Assembly: GCA_002269645.1 (NCBI GenBank)
Contig: NIVC01001438.1
Coordinates: 62,001 to 126,000 of the forward strand
DNA length: 64,000 nucleotides
Reading direction: 5' to 3'
Origin: Macrostomum lignano
Lineage: Eukaryota
The translations under genes were made by a program, and so were the position numbers. The notes below the pieces were generated by a model. That model ran no database searches and was not told the DNA's origin. It worked only from the letters and a program-made list of their open reading frames with translations. Of the stretch, positions 36,711-49,740 are shown in pieces; the stretch's first letter is position 1, and the number at the start of each line of letters is the position of its first letter.

Positions 36711-39700
36711 TCAGACGGGCGCCCCGTTGGGCCAGGACCACTGTCCGAAGCTCGACTCCAGCTGTGGCAGCAGCCCAAATCTGCCATGGCAGCGGCCGCG
36801 AATGCCGACAGTCGGCAGCAGGTGGACGGCAGTCATTGAGGCCAGCAGAAGCAGCAGCAGGCCCACCGCCACTGCTGCTGCACTTTGTCGATGCCATCGA
36901 CTGTGCGTTGCCATAACGATAAGATTGTTGTGTAGTTTTGATTTTGAGTTACGCTGCGGGCGTCTGCTGCTCCGCTGGCCTGCTACTCGTAGCTGGTCGG
37001 CCGCGGCCGACACCGCATCGACGCGCGTCTCCATGGCAACACGGCCGGCGTCGGTGAGGCGGTGCACGTTGGCTCGAAGCAGATTGCGGCAGCGGGCAAC
37101 CCTGGCAGTCAGGACCTCTGCCGCCTGCGAGACAGATTCGATCGTAAAGTCTAATGTCTCAGTCTGCCATGAATTCAATTTGTCAAGAAATCAGGGGAGG
37201 TAATCCAAGTTTGAGTGACAAGTAAAACCGCAAATCTGATGAGAACAGATTGACCATGGTACGCCATGAGAGTCTGGCCAGTACACCTGAGACAATAGTC
37301 TGACCGGTGCATCTGATAAGAAGAGTCTGACCAGTACACATGAGACAATAGTCTGACCGGTGCATCTGATAAGAAGAGTCTGACTAGTACGTCTGATAAG
37401 AGGCTGACAAGTCAACCTGAGTCTGACAGATCTGTTTAATATTGCACCTATAGGAGAGTCGGAAAAATGAGCCGTCAAACCAAGGAAAAGCTTAATCTGA
37501 TGAAGATCGATAGTTGATCAATAATTATCACCTGTAAATCGTCTCCAAGACCCGACTTGAAGGCCCTCGTCGCATCCTGCTCGCACTGGCCGATCAGGGA
37601 TTCGAGTTCGGTCAGTTCGTTCAGCGCTGCTTGAGCACTGTGTTGTCTATCCAAGTAGCTGGATATAGAGGTTGAATTAAAGACATTGTATTGTTTTTTT
37701 TGAAATCCTACGGTCTTTCATCCGCTAAATAAATTTAGTCAAATTCTATTTGCACTTTTCTGCCACGCTTCGCAAAGAGATTTGCGGCCTGAAACGCTTC
37801 GAAAAAATCCACGGCTATGGGGTGGTTGGGGCTTCCTTCCTTTCTTCCGCAGCCATCAGACTTGCACCAAAATTCAATTGAGAGTTCAGCTTCCTTCTAC
37901 TGAGGATTTTTGCTTCCTGAGCACGCACGTTTGCTCTCTGTACTCTACAATCTCCCCCCATTCTGTCTCCTCATCTTAGTCGCTCTTTTACTCTCTGTCT
38001 CATTAAAATTGTCCTGCACTTTTACGATTCCATGGTGAAATACGAGTATATAAACACAACTCAGCTCTTAAAGGTGACAAGTGTGATAGATAAAATTTTA
38101 GTATATGTGGACTAGCACAATGGGCCCCCTTCGGGGGGGCCGGGAACTGAAAAATTCTAAAAGCTGTATCTACGAGTTATTTCAAAGTTTCATCACTGCG
38201 TAAAATATGACTAGGAATACATAGATACAGTGTTACGAGTATGCTATAAGCGCAGTGACTCATTTAAAGTTAGAAATGCGTTTTTAAATTCGTGGGACAA
38301 TATGACAGTTGCTGGTACATGTACCTGTAGGTGACAGTAGCTCCCACTGTCTCATTACCACACTGGGTGTCCCTCAAAGCACTCACCGTCTCCGGTCGCT
38401 CTGAAACCAGCGCCTCATCAAATCTAGGCTGTCCAGCTTCTCCTTAACGCGTCTCCGCTGTCTCCGCTGCTGCCCACTGGCACACGCGCTCGTCGGCAGC
38501 CGCGCCGCCTCAACCAGCCGGGTCCGCAGGCCGCCCAGACCGGCCAGCCATCGCCGCAACTGGGCGTCGAGTTCGCCCATTTGACGAGCATCTTCGGCGG
38601 CCTCGTCGGCTGTCGAGTACCGTCGGCAATCGGCGACGATATCGATATCGATTTCCTGTTTTTCGGCGACGGCTAGAGCGGCTTCTGTGATCTGGCGCAG
38701 GTGGCTGTCGACCTCCGCAGTCAGAAGGCTACGGGCCAGCCGGTCCCATCGACGTAGCAGATCGGCAGGTAACTTCGGCAGGTAAGCCGCGTCGCTCCAG
38801 CCAGTAGCATCGGGAAGCTCGACAAGCCGTCGTCCTCCTCCTCCGCCGCCACCGACACATCAGCTGGGCCGACAGCGTCTTTGACGCCCCCCACTGCCGG
38901 TGCCGCAGCCGCCGCCTCCTCGTCCAGACGGAGTCTGCGAAAACGACGCCGACCCTCGGACAGTTTGGCGGCCAGCTCGGCCACCTCCGGCCAGTTGCGA
39001 CTCCGGGCTGGATCAAGCAGCTGCTGGTGCTGAAGCTGCTGGTGCTGATGCTTTCTTTGCCTTCGAGTCGTTGATGACAATGATGATGGAAGCTGCGGTT
39101 TGTTGGCATTGAAAAAATAAGCTGATTTTTGTCGACTGGAATCCAGAGCTTAAATATTTTGTCTGACCCTATGGCCCGGATATATGACAGCTAGATCTAT
39201 CTGGCAAGTTACGTCTGACAAGATTCAAATCTGACAGGTTCTGTCTGACAAGATTCCAAATCTGACAGGTTCTGTCTGACAAGATTCCAAATCTGACAGA
39301 TTCTGTCTGACAAGATTCCAAATCCGACAGGTTCTGTCTGACAAGATTCCAAGTCTGACAGGTTCTGTCTGACAAGATTCCAAGTCTGACAGGTTCTGTC
39401 TGACAAGATTCCAAATCTGACAGGCTCTGTCTGACACCAAAGCATTACTCGAATGAACTCACCGACATCGCTGCCTCCAGCCTTCGACTGAGCGGCCGCG
39501 TCGACTGCAGCTGAGCAGCGAGCAGACCGTCCTCCCTCCAGTCCTCATCAATCGTGGGATTTCCTTCCCACGCGTCGTCCGACTCTGAGTACGGATCCGG
39601 CAGGCTGCTGTAATCCCACAGCTGTTCGAGATCGAACCACCGATCCTCTGCAGGTTGGTTGACACCGCTGCTGCTGCTGCCGCCGCTGCTGCTGCTGCTG

Positions 39701-40289
39701 CTCGACAGACTGTCGCTGCCTTCCAGGCCTTCGATTGATAGGGATTTTAGTAAAGGAACATCGGTTCAATACCCACCGCTTGCTCTACTCGCATACTGGA
39801 ATCCCATCCCCACACTGCAATCTCAACCCTACACTGCAATCTCAACCCCACACTGCAATCTCAACCCCACACTGCAATCCCATCCCCACACTGCAATCCC
39901 ATCCCCACACTGCAATCTCAACCCCACACTGCAATCTCAACCCCATACGGCAATCTCAACCCCACACTGCAATCCCATCCCCAAACTGCAATCCCATCCC
40001 CCCACTGGAATCCCATCCCCACACACAAGTCCCATCCCACACGCCAGAATCCCGTCCCCACACGCCAAAATCCCGTCCCCACACGCCAGAGTCCCATCCC
40101 CACACGCCAGGGCTCCGCACCCACACTCACTCACCGCTCTCATCTTCGGACAGTCTGCTGTCGAAGCCGCCCCGCTGACGCCTAAGAAAGTGCCGGTCCG
40201 CTCGCTCGGCCAGCCGTCGCCATCGCCTATTGTTGATTTTGCTGGCGCCGCTGCCGCTGCCACTGCTGGTGCTGCACTCGACGCACTTC
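36711..40289 (-). CDS. KASH-domain (nesprin/klarsicht-like) protein, 3' exons 40289-40135, 39728-39463, 39092-38387, 37658-37532, 37163-36711
   Basis: Consistent splice phases if one base is restored at ~38825. Helical segments, then a TM helix (AAVAVGLLLLLLASMTAVHLLP) and a ~33-aa tail with one Cys ending SSFGQWSWPNGAPV-stop. Confidence 0.72.
39200..39435. repeat. 31-bp intronic minisatellite
   Basis: Unit gttctgtctgacaagattccaaatctgacag. Confidence 0.93.
39795..40110. repeat. About 19-bp intronic minisatellite
   Basis: Unit approximately acactgcaatctcaacccc, degenerating to cacacgcca..cccatccc. Confidence 0.88.
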
Positions 40290-40364
40290 CTGCATTGTTT
40301 TAGTTGGAAACCATTTCTTTAACTTTCTGATCGGCACTTTTCATATGATTTCTGGCGTCAAGTA

Positions 40365-41135
40365 TGCCTCATCCCTGTATCACTGCATCCCTACATCCCT
40401 GTATCCCTGCATCCTTACATACTTACATCCCTGCATCCTTACATACTTACATCCCTGCATCCCTACATCCCTACATCCCTATATCCTTGCATCCCTGCAT
40501 CCCTGCATCCCTACATCCTTACATGCCTGCATCCCTGCATCCCTGCATCCTTACATCCCTGCAACCTTACATCCCTGCATCCCTGCATCCCTGCATTCTT
40601 ACATCCCTGCGTCCCTGCATTCTTACATCCCTGCGTCCCTGCATTCTTACATCCCTGCATCCCTGCATCCTTACATCCCTAAATCCTTACATCCCTGCAT
40701 CCCTGCATCCCTGCATTCTTACATCCCTGCGTCCCTGCATTCTTACATCCCTGCGTCCCTGCATTCTTACATCCCTGCATCCTTGCATTCTTACATCCCT
40801 GCATCCCTGCATCCTTACATCCCTAAATCCTTACATCCCTGCATCCCTGCATCCCTGCATTCTTACATCCCTGCGTCCCTGCATTCTTACATCCCTGCGT
40901 CCCTGCATTCTTACATCCCTGCATCCCTGCATCCTTACATCCCTAAATCCTTACATCCCTGCATCCCTGCATCCCTGCATTCTTACATCCCTGCGTCCCT
41001 GCATTCTTACATCCCTGCGTCCCTGCATTCTTACATCCCTACGTCCCTGCAACCTTACATCCCTGCATCCCTGCATCCCTGCATCCCTGCATCCCTGCAT
41101 CCCTGCATCCTTACATCCCTAAATCCTTACATCCT
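40365..41135. repeat. (catccctg/catccttacatc)-based minisatellite
   Basis: Nested 8- and 12-bp units. Confidence 0.93.
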
Positions 41136-41952
41136 TTAGTCTCTATAAACTCCCAATTGTCCTCATATCCCATTCTCTCCATCGCCACCCGAACAGTACA
41201 AATAGAAATTCTGTAATCCCGAAAGCCCAGTCCCAAGCAGGCACAATGGACTGTTGATGATCTGCAACTGGTAAGCAAATCAATATCAGCCGGTGATGGG
41301 CAAAAGCATTTTATCAGTTGCGAATTCGGGAGATGAGGAGCAGAGGAATAAGTGCTTCTCCTGCCTGTAAAGTTGGTTACGCCTGCAGTATTCACTTTTT
41401 TCCTGCTCACTTATTGCTAGAAAATTAGATCCTGCCGCTGGAGGGGGCGAGGCGGGGTAGTCAGGGAGTCCCAGGAGAGACTGAGCGACATCCAGGACAG
41501 GCCAGGGAGACCGCATTTAATTTGGACACCATGAGGGCCCGCCCCCAAGACAGAGTGTGTACGTAGTTGGGCTCACGATGACAAAGTCAGGCTATCCGTT
41601 GTACACCCTGTGCGAGCGTGTGCCTGCTCATCCCCGAAAGACTGGTAACCCTAGCTTTTCACACAGGGGGTTACTAAATGCTAATACTAATAATGCAAAT
41701 CAGTAGGCCAGTTGCCATGGTAGCAGCTCTGTTGAAGGCTTGCACTGAGGACTCGGGATTAGCAATTATTGCTGTATCTTATCGCTGGCCCTGTCCCCCC
41801 AACTGCAATTTCCCAGTTGCTCCACTTGGCTTAGCATGCAGCTCAGTGTGGGATATTCTCCCCCCTCAGTTTTGGGTCATGGGATAAGATTGCGATTTGT
41901 GAGGCTTCTTAATGGCCTTGCTCTCTTGAGCCACTATTGCTGTCCCACTAGC

Positions 41953-43575
41953 TGATGTGCCTCTCACTGTGCTGATGTGCCTCTCACTGTATCTGATGTG
42001 CCTCTGTCACTGTATCTGATGTGCCTCTGTCACTGTATCTGATGTGCCTCTCTGTCACTGTATCTGATGTGCCTCTGTCACTGTATCTGATGTGCCTCTC
42101 TGTCACTGTATCTGATGTGCCTCTGTCACTGTATCTGATGTGCCTCTCTGTCACTGTATCTGATGTGCCTCTGTCACTGTATCTTATGTGCCTCTGTCAC
42201 TGTATCTGATGTGCCTCTCTGTCACTGTATCTGATGTGCCTCTCACTGTATCTGATGTGCCTCTGTCACTGTATCTGATGTGCCTCTCTGTCACTGTATC
42301 TGATGTGCCTCTGTCACTGTATCTGATGTGCCTCTCTGTCACTGTATCTGATGTGCCTCTGTCACTGTATCTGATGTGCCTCTCTGTCACTGTATCTGAT
42401 GTGCCTCTGTCACTGTATCTGATGTGCCTCTCTGTCACTGTATCTGATGTGCCTCTCTGTCACTGTATCTGATGTGCCTCTGTCACTGTATCTTATGTGC
42501 CTCTGTCACTGTATCTGATGTGCCTCTCTGTCACTGTATCTGATGTGCCTCTGTCACTGTATCTTATGTGCCTCTGTCACTGTATCTGATGTGCCTCTGT
42601 CACTGTATCTGATGTGCCTCTCTGTCACTGTATCTGATGTGCCTCTCACTGTGCTGATGTGCCTCTGTCACTGTATCTGATGTGCCTCTCACTGTATCTG
42701 ATGTGCCTCTCACTGTGCTGATGTGCCTCTCTCACTGTATCTGATGTGCCTCTCTGTCACTGTATCTGATGTGCCTCTGTCACTGTATCTGATGTGCCTC
42801 TCTGTCACTGTATCTGATGTGCCTCTGTCACTGTATCTGATGTGCCTCTCTGTCACTGTATCTGATGTGCCTCTGTCACTGTATCTGATGTGCCTCTCTG
42901 TCACTGTATCTGATGTGCCTCTGTCACTGTATCTGATGTGCCTCTCTGTCACTGTATCTGATGTGCCTCTGTCACTGTATCTTATGTGCCTCTGTCACTG
43001 TATCTGATGTGCCTCTCTGTCACTGTATCTGATGTGCCTCTGTCACTGTATCTTATGTGCCTCTGTCACTGTATCTGATGTGCCTCTGTCACTGTATCTG
43101 ATGTGCCTCTCTGTCACTGTATCTGATGTGCCTCTCACTGTGCTGATGTGCCTCTGTCACTGTATCTGATGTGCCTCTCACTGTATCTGATGTGCCTCTC
43201 TCACTGTGCTGATGTGCCTCTCTCACTGTATCTGATGTGCCTCTGTCACTGTATCTGATGTGCCTCTGTCACTGTATCTTATGTGCCTCTCTGTCACTTT
43301 ATCTTATGTGCCTCTGTCACTTTATCTTATGTACCTCTCTGTCACTGTATCTTATGTGCCTCTCTGTCACTTTATCTTATGTGCCTCTGTCACTTTATCT
43401 TATGTACCTCTCTGTCACTGTATCTTATGTGCCTCTGTCACTTTATCTTATGTGCCTCTGTCACTTTATCTTATGTGCCTTTGTCACTGTATCTGATGTA
43501 CCTCTCTGTCACTGTATCTGATGTGCCTCTGTCACTGTATCTGATGTGCCTCTCTGTCACTGTACCTGATGTGTC
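41953..43575. repeat. 20-22-bp minisatellite (tgtcactgtatctgatgtgcctc[tc])n
   Basis: Alternating 20- and 22-bp units. Confidence 0.95.
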
Positions 43576-44239
43576 TGGCACTGTACCTGTTTCTATATTG
43601 AATGGCAGATTCAAAGGTCCAATAGAAGTTACAAAGTTCTACACACACTTTTCACTCACCCAGCTGAGACCAGTTCGGGCCATAGACCATTGCCCTGTAC
43701 TGCTGAAGCCATTCTGAAACAGGCTGCGGAATCGCTGCTGCTGTGCTTGTTACTGTCACTATGGCAACTGGCCGAGTCGATCTGAATGCTCTCCGTCATA
43801 AGGCAAGCGCACTGACCTGCATGGTGGTCAGATAAGTAGAGAGAGAAAACACATGCAGATTGGTGGGGCTCAGTGTCTATAGTAAATATATACCATATAA
43901 AACTGTGTCTGTTTGCTGTTTTACGCTGTTCAAGAGTGCGTGTGGTCTTTGAGTTCAGTCTCTCCCTCCCTCCCCTCTCTCTACATGCATCGCTTTAAAG
44001 TAATTATATTACACAGGGCGGGTAGCTATAGGAGACAGAAAGGCATGGGTGTGGGGACAGCCAATCCCTGCTGAGTAATGTCAGACAAATATTCGCATTT
44101 TTGAGTGGTAGGTTTTGCAATTATGCACAGTTCCAAGGTGGTTCTATTGTGGCTGGGGCTACTTAATCTTTTTAGTCTTTCTTACTCTTTTGCATTTCCG
44201 CTCTGAATCAGACGTATCATTTCTAGTTTCTGCTTTCTA

Positions 44240-47200
44240 CCCCTCTCTCCCTCTCCCTCTCCCTCTTTAATTCTCTCTCTCATTCTCCCTCCCTCTCTCT
44301 CGGTCGCCCGCTTAGACTCTCCCTCTCTCCTTCTCCATCTCTTCCTCTCCATCTATTTCCCTCCTCTCCCTCTCCCTCTCTAACTCTCCCTCTCTCTCCC
44401 TCTCTCCCTCTCTCTCCCTCTCTCTCCCTCTCTCTCCTCTCTCTCCCTCTCCCTCTCTAACTCTCCCTCTCTCTTTCTCTCTCCTTCTCTCTCCCTCTCT
44501 CTACCTCTCTCTACCTCTCTCTCCCTCTCTCTACCTCTCTCTCCCTCTCTCTCCCTCTCTCTACCTCTCTCTCCCTCTCTCTCCCTCTCTCCTTCTCCAT
44601 CTCTTCCTCTCCATCTATTTCCCTCCTCTCCCTCTCCCTCTCTAACTCTCCCTCTCTCTCCCTCTCTCCCTCTCTCTCCCTCTCTCTCCCTCTCTCTCCC
44701 TCTCTCTCCCTCTCTCTCCCTCTCTCTCCTTCTCTCTCCCTCTCTCTACCTCTCTCTACCTCTCTCCTTCTCCCTCTTTAATTCTCTCTCTCATTCTCCC
44801 TCCCTCTCTCTCGGTCGCCCGCTTAGACTCTCCCTCTCTCCTTCTCCATCTCTTCCTCTCCATCTATTTCCCTCCTCTCCCTCTCCCTCTCTAACTCTCC
44901 CTCTCTCTCTCTCTCTCCCTCTCTCTCCCTCTCTCTCCCTCTCTCTCCCTCTCTCCTTCTCCATCTCTTCCTCTCCATCTATTTCCCTCCTCTCCCTCTC
45001 CCTCTCTAACTCTCCTCTCTCTCTCTCTCTCCTCTCTCTCCTCTCTCTCCCTCTCTCTCCCTCTCTCTCCTCTCCCTCTCTAACTCTCCCTCTCTCTCCT
45101 TCTCACTCCTTCTCTCTCCCTCTCTCTCCCTCTCCCTCTCTAACTCTCCCTCTCTCTCCTTCTCTCTCCTTCTCTCTCCCTCTCTCTCCCTCTCTCTTCC
45201 TCTCTCTCCCTCTCTCTCCCTCTCTCTCCTTCTCTCTCCCTCTCTCTACCTCTCTCTACCTCTCTCTCTCCTCTCTCCCTCTCTCTCCTCTCTCTCCCTC
45301 TCTCTCCCTCTCTCTCCCTCTCCCTCTCTAACTCTCCCTCTCTCTCCTTCTCTCTCCTTCTCTCTCCCTCTCTCTACCTCTCTCTACCTCTCTCTCCCTC
45401 TCTCTACCTCTCTCTCCCTCTCTCTACCTCTCTCTACCTCTCTCTCCCTCTCTCTTCCTCTCTCTCCCTCTCTCTCCCTCTCTCTCCTTCTCTCTCCCTC
45501 TCTCTACCTCTCTCTACCTCTCTCTCTCCCTCTCTCCTCCTCTCTCTCTCTCCCTTTCTCTCCCCTCTCTCCTCTCCTCTCCCTCTCTCCCTCTCTCTCC
45601 CTCTCTCTCCCTCCTCTCCCTCTCTCTTCTCTCTCCCTCTCTCTACCTCTCTCTACCTCTCTCTCTCTCTCTCTTCCTCTCTCTCTCTCTCTCCCTCTCT
45701 CTCCTTCTCTCTCCCTCTCTCTTCCTTTCTCTCCCTCTCTCCCTCTCTCTCCCTCTCTCTCTTCTCTCTCCCTCTCTCTACCTCTCTCTCTACCTCTCTC
45801 TCCCTCTCTCTTCCTCTCTCTCCCTCTCTCTCCCTCTCTCTCCTTCTCTCTCCCTCTCTCTACTCTCTCTACCTCTCTCTCCCTCTCTCTTCCTCTCTCC
45901 CTCTCTCTCCCTCTCCCTCTCCCTCCCCTCTCTCCTCTCTCTCCCCTCTCTCTCCCTCTCTCTCCCTCTCTCTCCCTCTCTCTCCCTCTCTCTACCTCTC
46001 TCTACCTCTCTCCCCTCTTCTTCTCTCTCTCCTCTCTCTCACTCTCTCTCCTTCTCTCTCCCTCTCTCTACCTCTCTCTACCTCTCTCTCCCTCTCTCTT
46101 CCTCTCTCTCCCTCTCTCCCTCTCTCTCCCTCTCTCTCCTTCTCTCTCCTCTCTCTACCTCTCTCTCCTCTCTCTACCTCTCTCTCCTCTCTCTCCCTCT
46201 CTCTCCTCTCTCTTCCTCTCTCTCCCTCTCTCTCCCTCTCTCCTCTCTCTCCTCTCTCTCCCTCTCTCTCCTTCTCTCTCCCTCTTTCTCCTCTCTCTAC
46301 TCTCCTCCTACCTCTCTCTCCCCTCTCTCTCTCCTCTCTCCTCTCTCTCCCTCTCTCTCCCTCTCTCTCCTTCTCTCCTCTCTCTACCCTCTCTTCTACC
46401 TCTCTCTTCCTCTCTCTCCTCTCTCTCCTCTCTCTCCTTCTCTCNNNNNNNNNNNNNNNNNNNNNNNNNNNNNNNNNNNNNNNNNNNNNNNNNNNNNNNN
46501 NNNNNNNNNNNNNNNNNNNNNNNNNNNNNNNNNNNNNNNNNNNNNNNNNNNNNNNNNNNNNNNNNNNNNNNNNNNNNNNNNNNNNNNNNNNNNNNNNNNN
46601 NNNNNNNNNNNNNNNNNNNNNNNNNNNNNNNNNNNNNNNNNNNNNNNNNNNNNNNNNNNNNNNNNNNNNNNNNNNNNNNNNNNNNNNNNNNNNNNNNNNN
46701 NNNNNNNNNNNNNNNNNNNNNNNNNNNNNNNNNNNNNNNNNNNNNNNNNNNNNNNNNNNNNNNNNNNNNNNNNNNNNNNNNNNNNNNNNNNNNNNNNNNN
46801 NNNNNNNNNNNNNNNNNNNNNNNNNNNNNNNNNNNTCTCTCCCTCTCTCTCCCTCTCTCCCTCTCCCTCTCTCTCTCTCCCTCTCTCTCCCTCTCTCTTC
46901 CCTCTCTCCTCTCTCTCTCTCTCTTCCTCTCCTCCCTCTCTCTACCTCTCTCAACCTCTCTCTCCTCTCTCTTCCTCTCTCTACCTCTCTCTCCCTCTCT
47001 CTCCTTCTCTCTCCCTTCCTCTACCTCTCTCTCTACCTCTCTCTCCCTCTCTCTTCCTCTCTCTCCCTCTCTCTCCCTCTCTCTTCCTTTCTCTCCCTCT
47101 CTCTCCCTCTCTCTCCTCTCTCTACCTCTCTCTACCTCTTTTCTCCCTCTCTCTCCCTCTCTCTCCTTCTCTCTCCCTCTCTCTACCTCTCTCTACCTCT

Positions 47201-48268
47201 CTCTCCCTCTCTCTTCCTCTCTCTCCCTCTCTCTCCCTCTCTCTTCCTTTCTCTCCCTCTCTCTCCCTCTCTCTCCCTCTCTCTTCCTTTCTCTCCCTCT
47301 CTCTCCCTCTCTCTCCTCTCTTTACCTCTCTCCCCTCTCTCTCCCTCTCTCTTCCTCTCTCTCCCTCTCTCTCCCTCTCTCTCCTTCTCTCTCCCTCTCT
47401 CTCCCTCTCTCTTCCTCTCTCTCCCTCTCTCTCCCTCTCTCTCCTTCTCTCTCCCTCTCTCTTCCTCTCTCTCCCTCTCTCTCCCTCTCTCTCCCTCTCT
47501 TTACCTCTCTCTCCCTCTCTCTCCTTCTCTCTCCCTCTCTCTACCTCTCTCTCCCTCTCTCTCCCTCTCTCTTCCTCTCTCTCCCTCTCTCTCCCTCTCT
47601 CTCCTTCTCTCTCCCTCTCTCTCCTCTACCTCTCTCTCCTCTCTCTCCCTCTCTCTCCTCTCTCTCCCTCTCTCTCCTCTCTCTCCCTCTCTCTCCCTCT
47701 CTCCCTCTCTCTTCCTTTCTCTCCCTCTCTCCCTCTCTCTCCCTCTCTCTCCCTCTCTCTCCCTCTCTCTCCCTCTCTCTCCCTCTCTCTCCCTCTCTCT
47801 CCCTCTCTCTCCTTCTCTCTCCCTCTCTCTACCTCTCTCTACCTCTCTCTCCCTCTCTCTTCCTCTCTCTACCTCTCTCTCCCTCTCTCTCCTTCTCTCT
47901 CCCTCTCTCTACCTCTCTCTACCTCTCTCTCCCTCTCTCTTCCTCTCTCTCCCTCTCTCTCCCTCTCTCTTCCTTTCTCTCCCTCTCTCTCCCTCTCTCT
48001 CCCTCTCTCTACCTCTCTCTACCTCTTTCTCCCTCTCTCTCCCTCTCTCTCCTTCTCTCTCCCTCTCTCTACCTCTCTCTACCTCTCTCTCCCTCTCTCT
48101 TCCTCTCTCTCCCTCTCTCTCCCTCTCTCTTCCTTTCTCTCCCTCTCTCTCCCTCTCTCCCTCTCTCTCCCTCTCTCTTCCTTTCTCTCCCTCTCTCTCC
48201 ATCTCTCTCCCTCTCTCTACCTCTCTCTACCTCTTTCTCCCTCTCTCTCCCTCTCCCTCCCTCTTTCC
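44240..48268. repeat. (CT)n-derived polypyrimidine satellite, about 4 kb, spanning an assembly gap
   Basis: ctctctctcc-type decamers with embedded duplicated ~100-bp blocks. Confidence 0.97.
46445..46835. other. Assembly gap (391 N)
   Basis: Run of n. Confidence 1.
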
Positions 48269-48811
48269 CTCACCCGTCTTACATGCAGTACCTATCAGTT
48301 CAACGTCGAAAATGACGTTTAGGATGACGTCATCTTACTGAATAACAATGTCACTGTGGTCCAGAGAATCAGTAGAAAAAACATCGAAGGCATTTTAAAT
48401 CAATTCTACGCAGCAGTCAGATGAAATATTATAATATAGGGAGGGAGTAGAATTAAAGCAGCAAAAACCAAGCCGATCCAAATGCTCCTTACAATTACAA
48501 AGAACAAATGCAAGGCAAAGCCAAATAGGCTGAGTGGACCTACTCAAAATTCATTCCTAATCCCCTCTTTTATCCTGCCCCGTTGTCAAGTGGAGCAACC
48601 CGGTAAAAATGAACGCGTGCAGCGGTGAAGAACTCAGCCAAGACTCTTGACTCTTGAAGACGCACGGCTGACAGAAGAATATTTCTAGGAAACTCGAATG
48701 GGATTTCATTTTTTGCGCAGAGAGAGTCGGGAATAGGTCAATCGAGGTCAAATTTAGTACTGATAGAGCATTTTTTAATGCTGTGCAACTGGGAGAAGAG
48801 ATAGTAAAAGT

Positions 48812-49740
48812 GAGAGGGAGGAGAGCGGGTGAGGGAGAAAGAGCGGGAGAGGAAGAGGGAGAGGGAGAGGGAGAGGAAGAGGGGGAGGGAGCGGGAGGGG
48901 AGCGGGAGCGGGAGAGATAACAGAAGCTGGAGAGGGAGCGGGAGTGGGAGCGGGAGGGGGAGCGGGAGCGGGAGCGGGAGCGGGAGCGGGAGAGGGAGGG
49001 GGAGCGGGAGAGGGAGCGGGAGCGGGAGCGGGAGAGGGAGCGGGAGGGGGAGCTGGAGCGGGAGCTGGAGCGGGAGCGGGAGCTGGAGCGGGAGCGGGAG
49101 CGGGAGCGGGAGCGGGAGCGGGAGCGGGAGCGGGAGCGGGAGCGGGAGCGGGAGCGGGAGCGGGAGCGGGAGCGGGAGCGAGAGGGGAGCGGAGGGGGGC
49201 GGGAGGGGGAGCGGGAGAGGGAGCGGGAGCGGGAGCGGGAGAGGGAGCGGGAGGGGGAGCTGGAGCGGGAGCTGGAGCGGGAGCTGGAGCGGGAGCGGGA
49301 GCGGGAGCGGGAGCGGGAGCGGAAGCTGGAGTGGGAGGGGGAGAGGGAGATTGAGCGGGAGCGGGAGCGGGAGCGGGAGCGGGAGCGGGAGCGGGAGCGG
49401 GAGCGGAAGCGGAAGCTGGAGCGGAAGCTGGAGCGGAAGCTGGAGCGGGAGGGGGAGAGGGAGATTGAGCGGGAGCGGGAGCGGGAGCTGGAGCGGGAGC
49501 GGGAGCGGAAGCTGGAGCGGGAGGGGGAGAGGGAGATTGAGCGGGAGCGGGAGCGGGAGCGGGAGCGGGAGCGGGAGCGGGAGCGGGAGCGGGAGCGGGA
49601 GCGGGAGCGGGAGCGGGAGCGGGAGCGGGAGCGGAAGCGGAAGCTGGAGCGGAAGCTGGAGCGGAAGGGGGAGAGGGAGATTGAGCGGGAGCGGGAGCGG
49701 GAGGGGGAGAGGGAGATTGAGCGGGAGCGGGAGCGGGAGT
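48812..49740. repeat. (GGGAGC)n G-rich hexamer satellite
   Basis: agcggg tandem array with variants. Confidence 0.96.

Noticed and set aside
40345-43717. Repetitive Cys/His/Pro ORFs (HPCIPAS, SLYLMCL, DRHS/GQT types, also 36117-36916)
   Set aside because: Minisatellite translations in introns or UTR.
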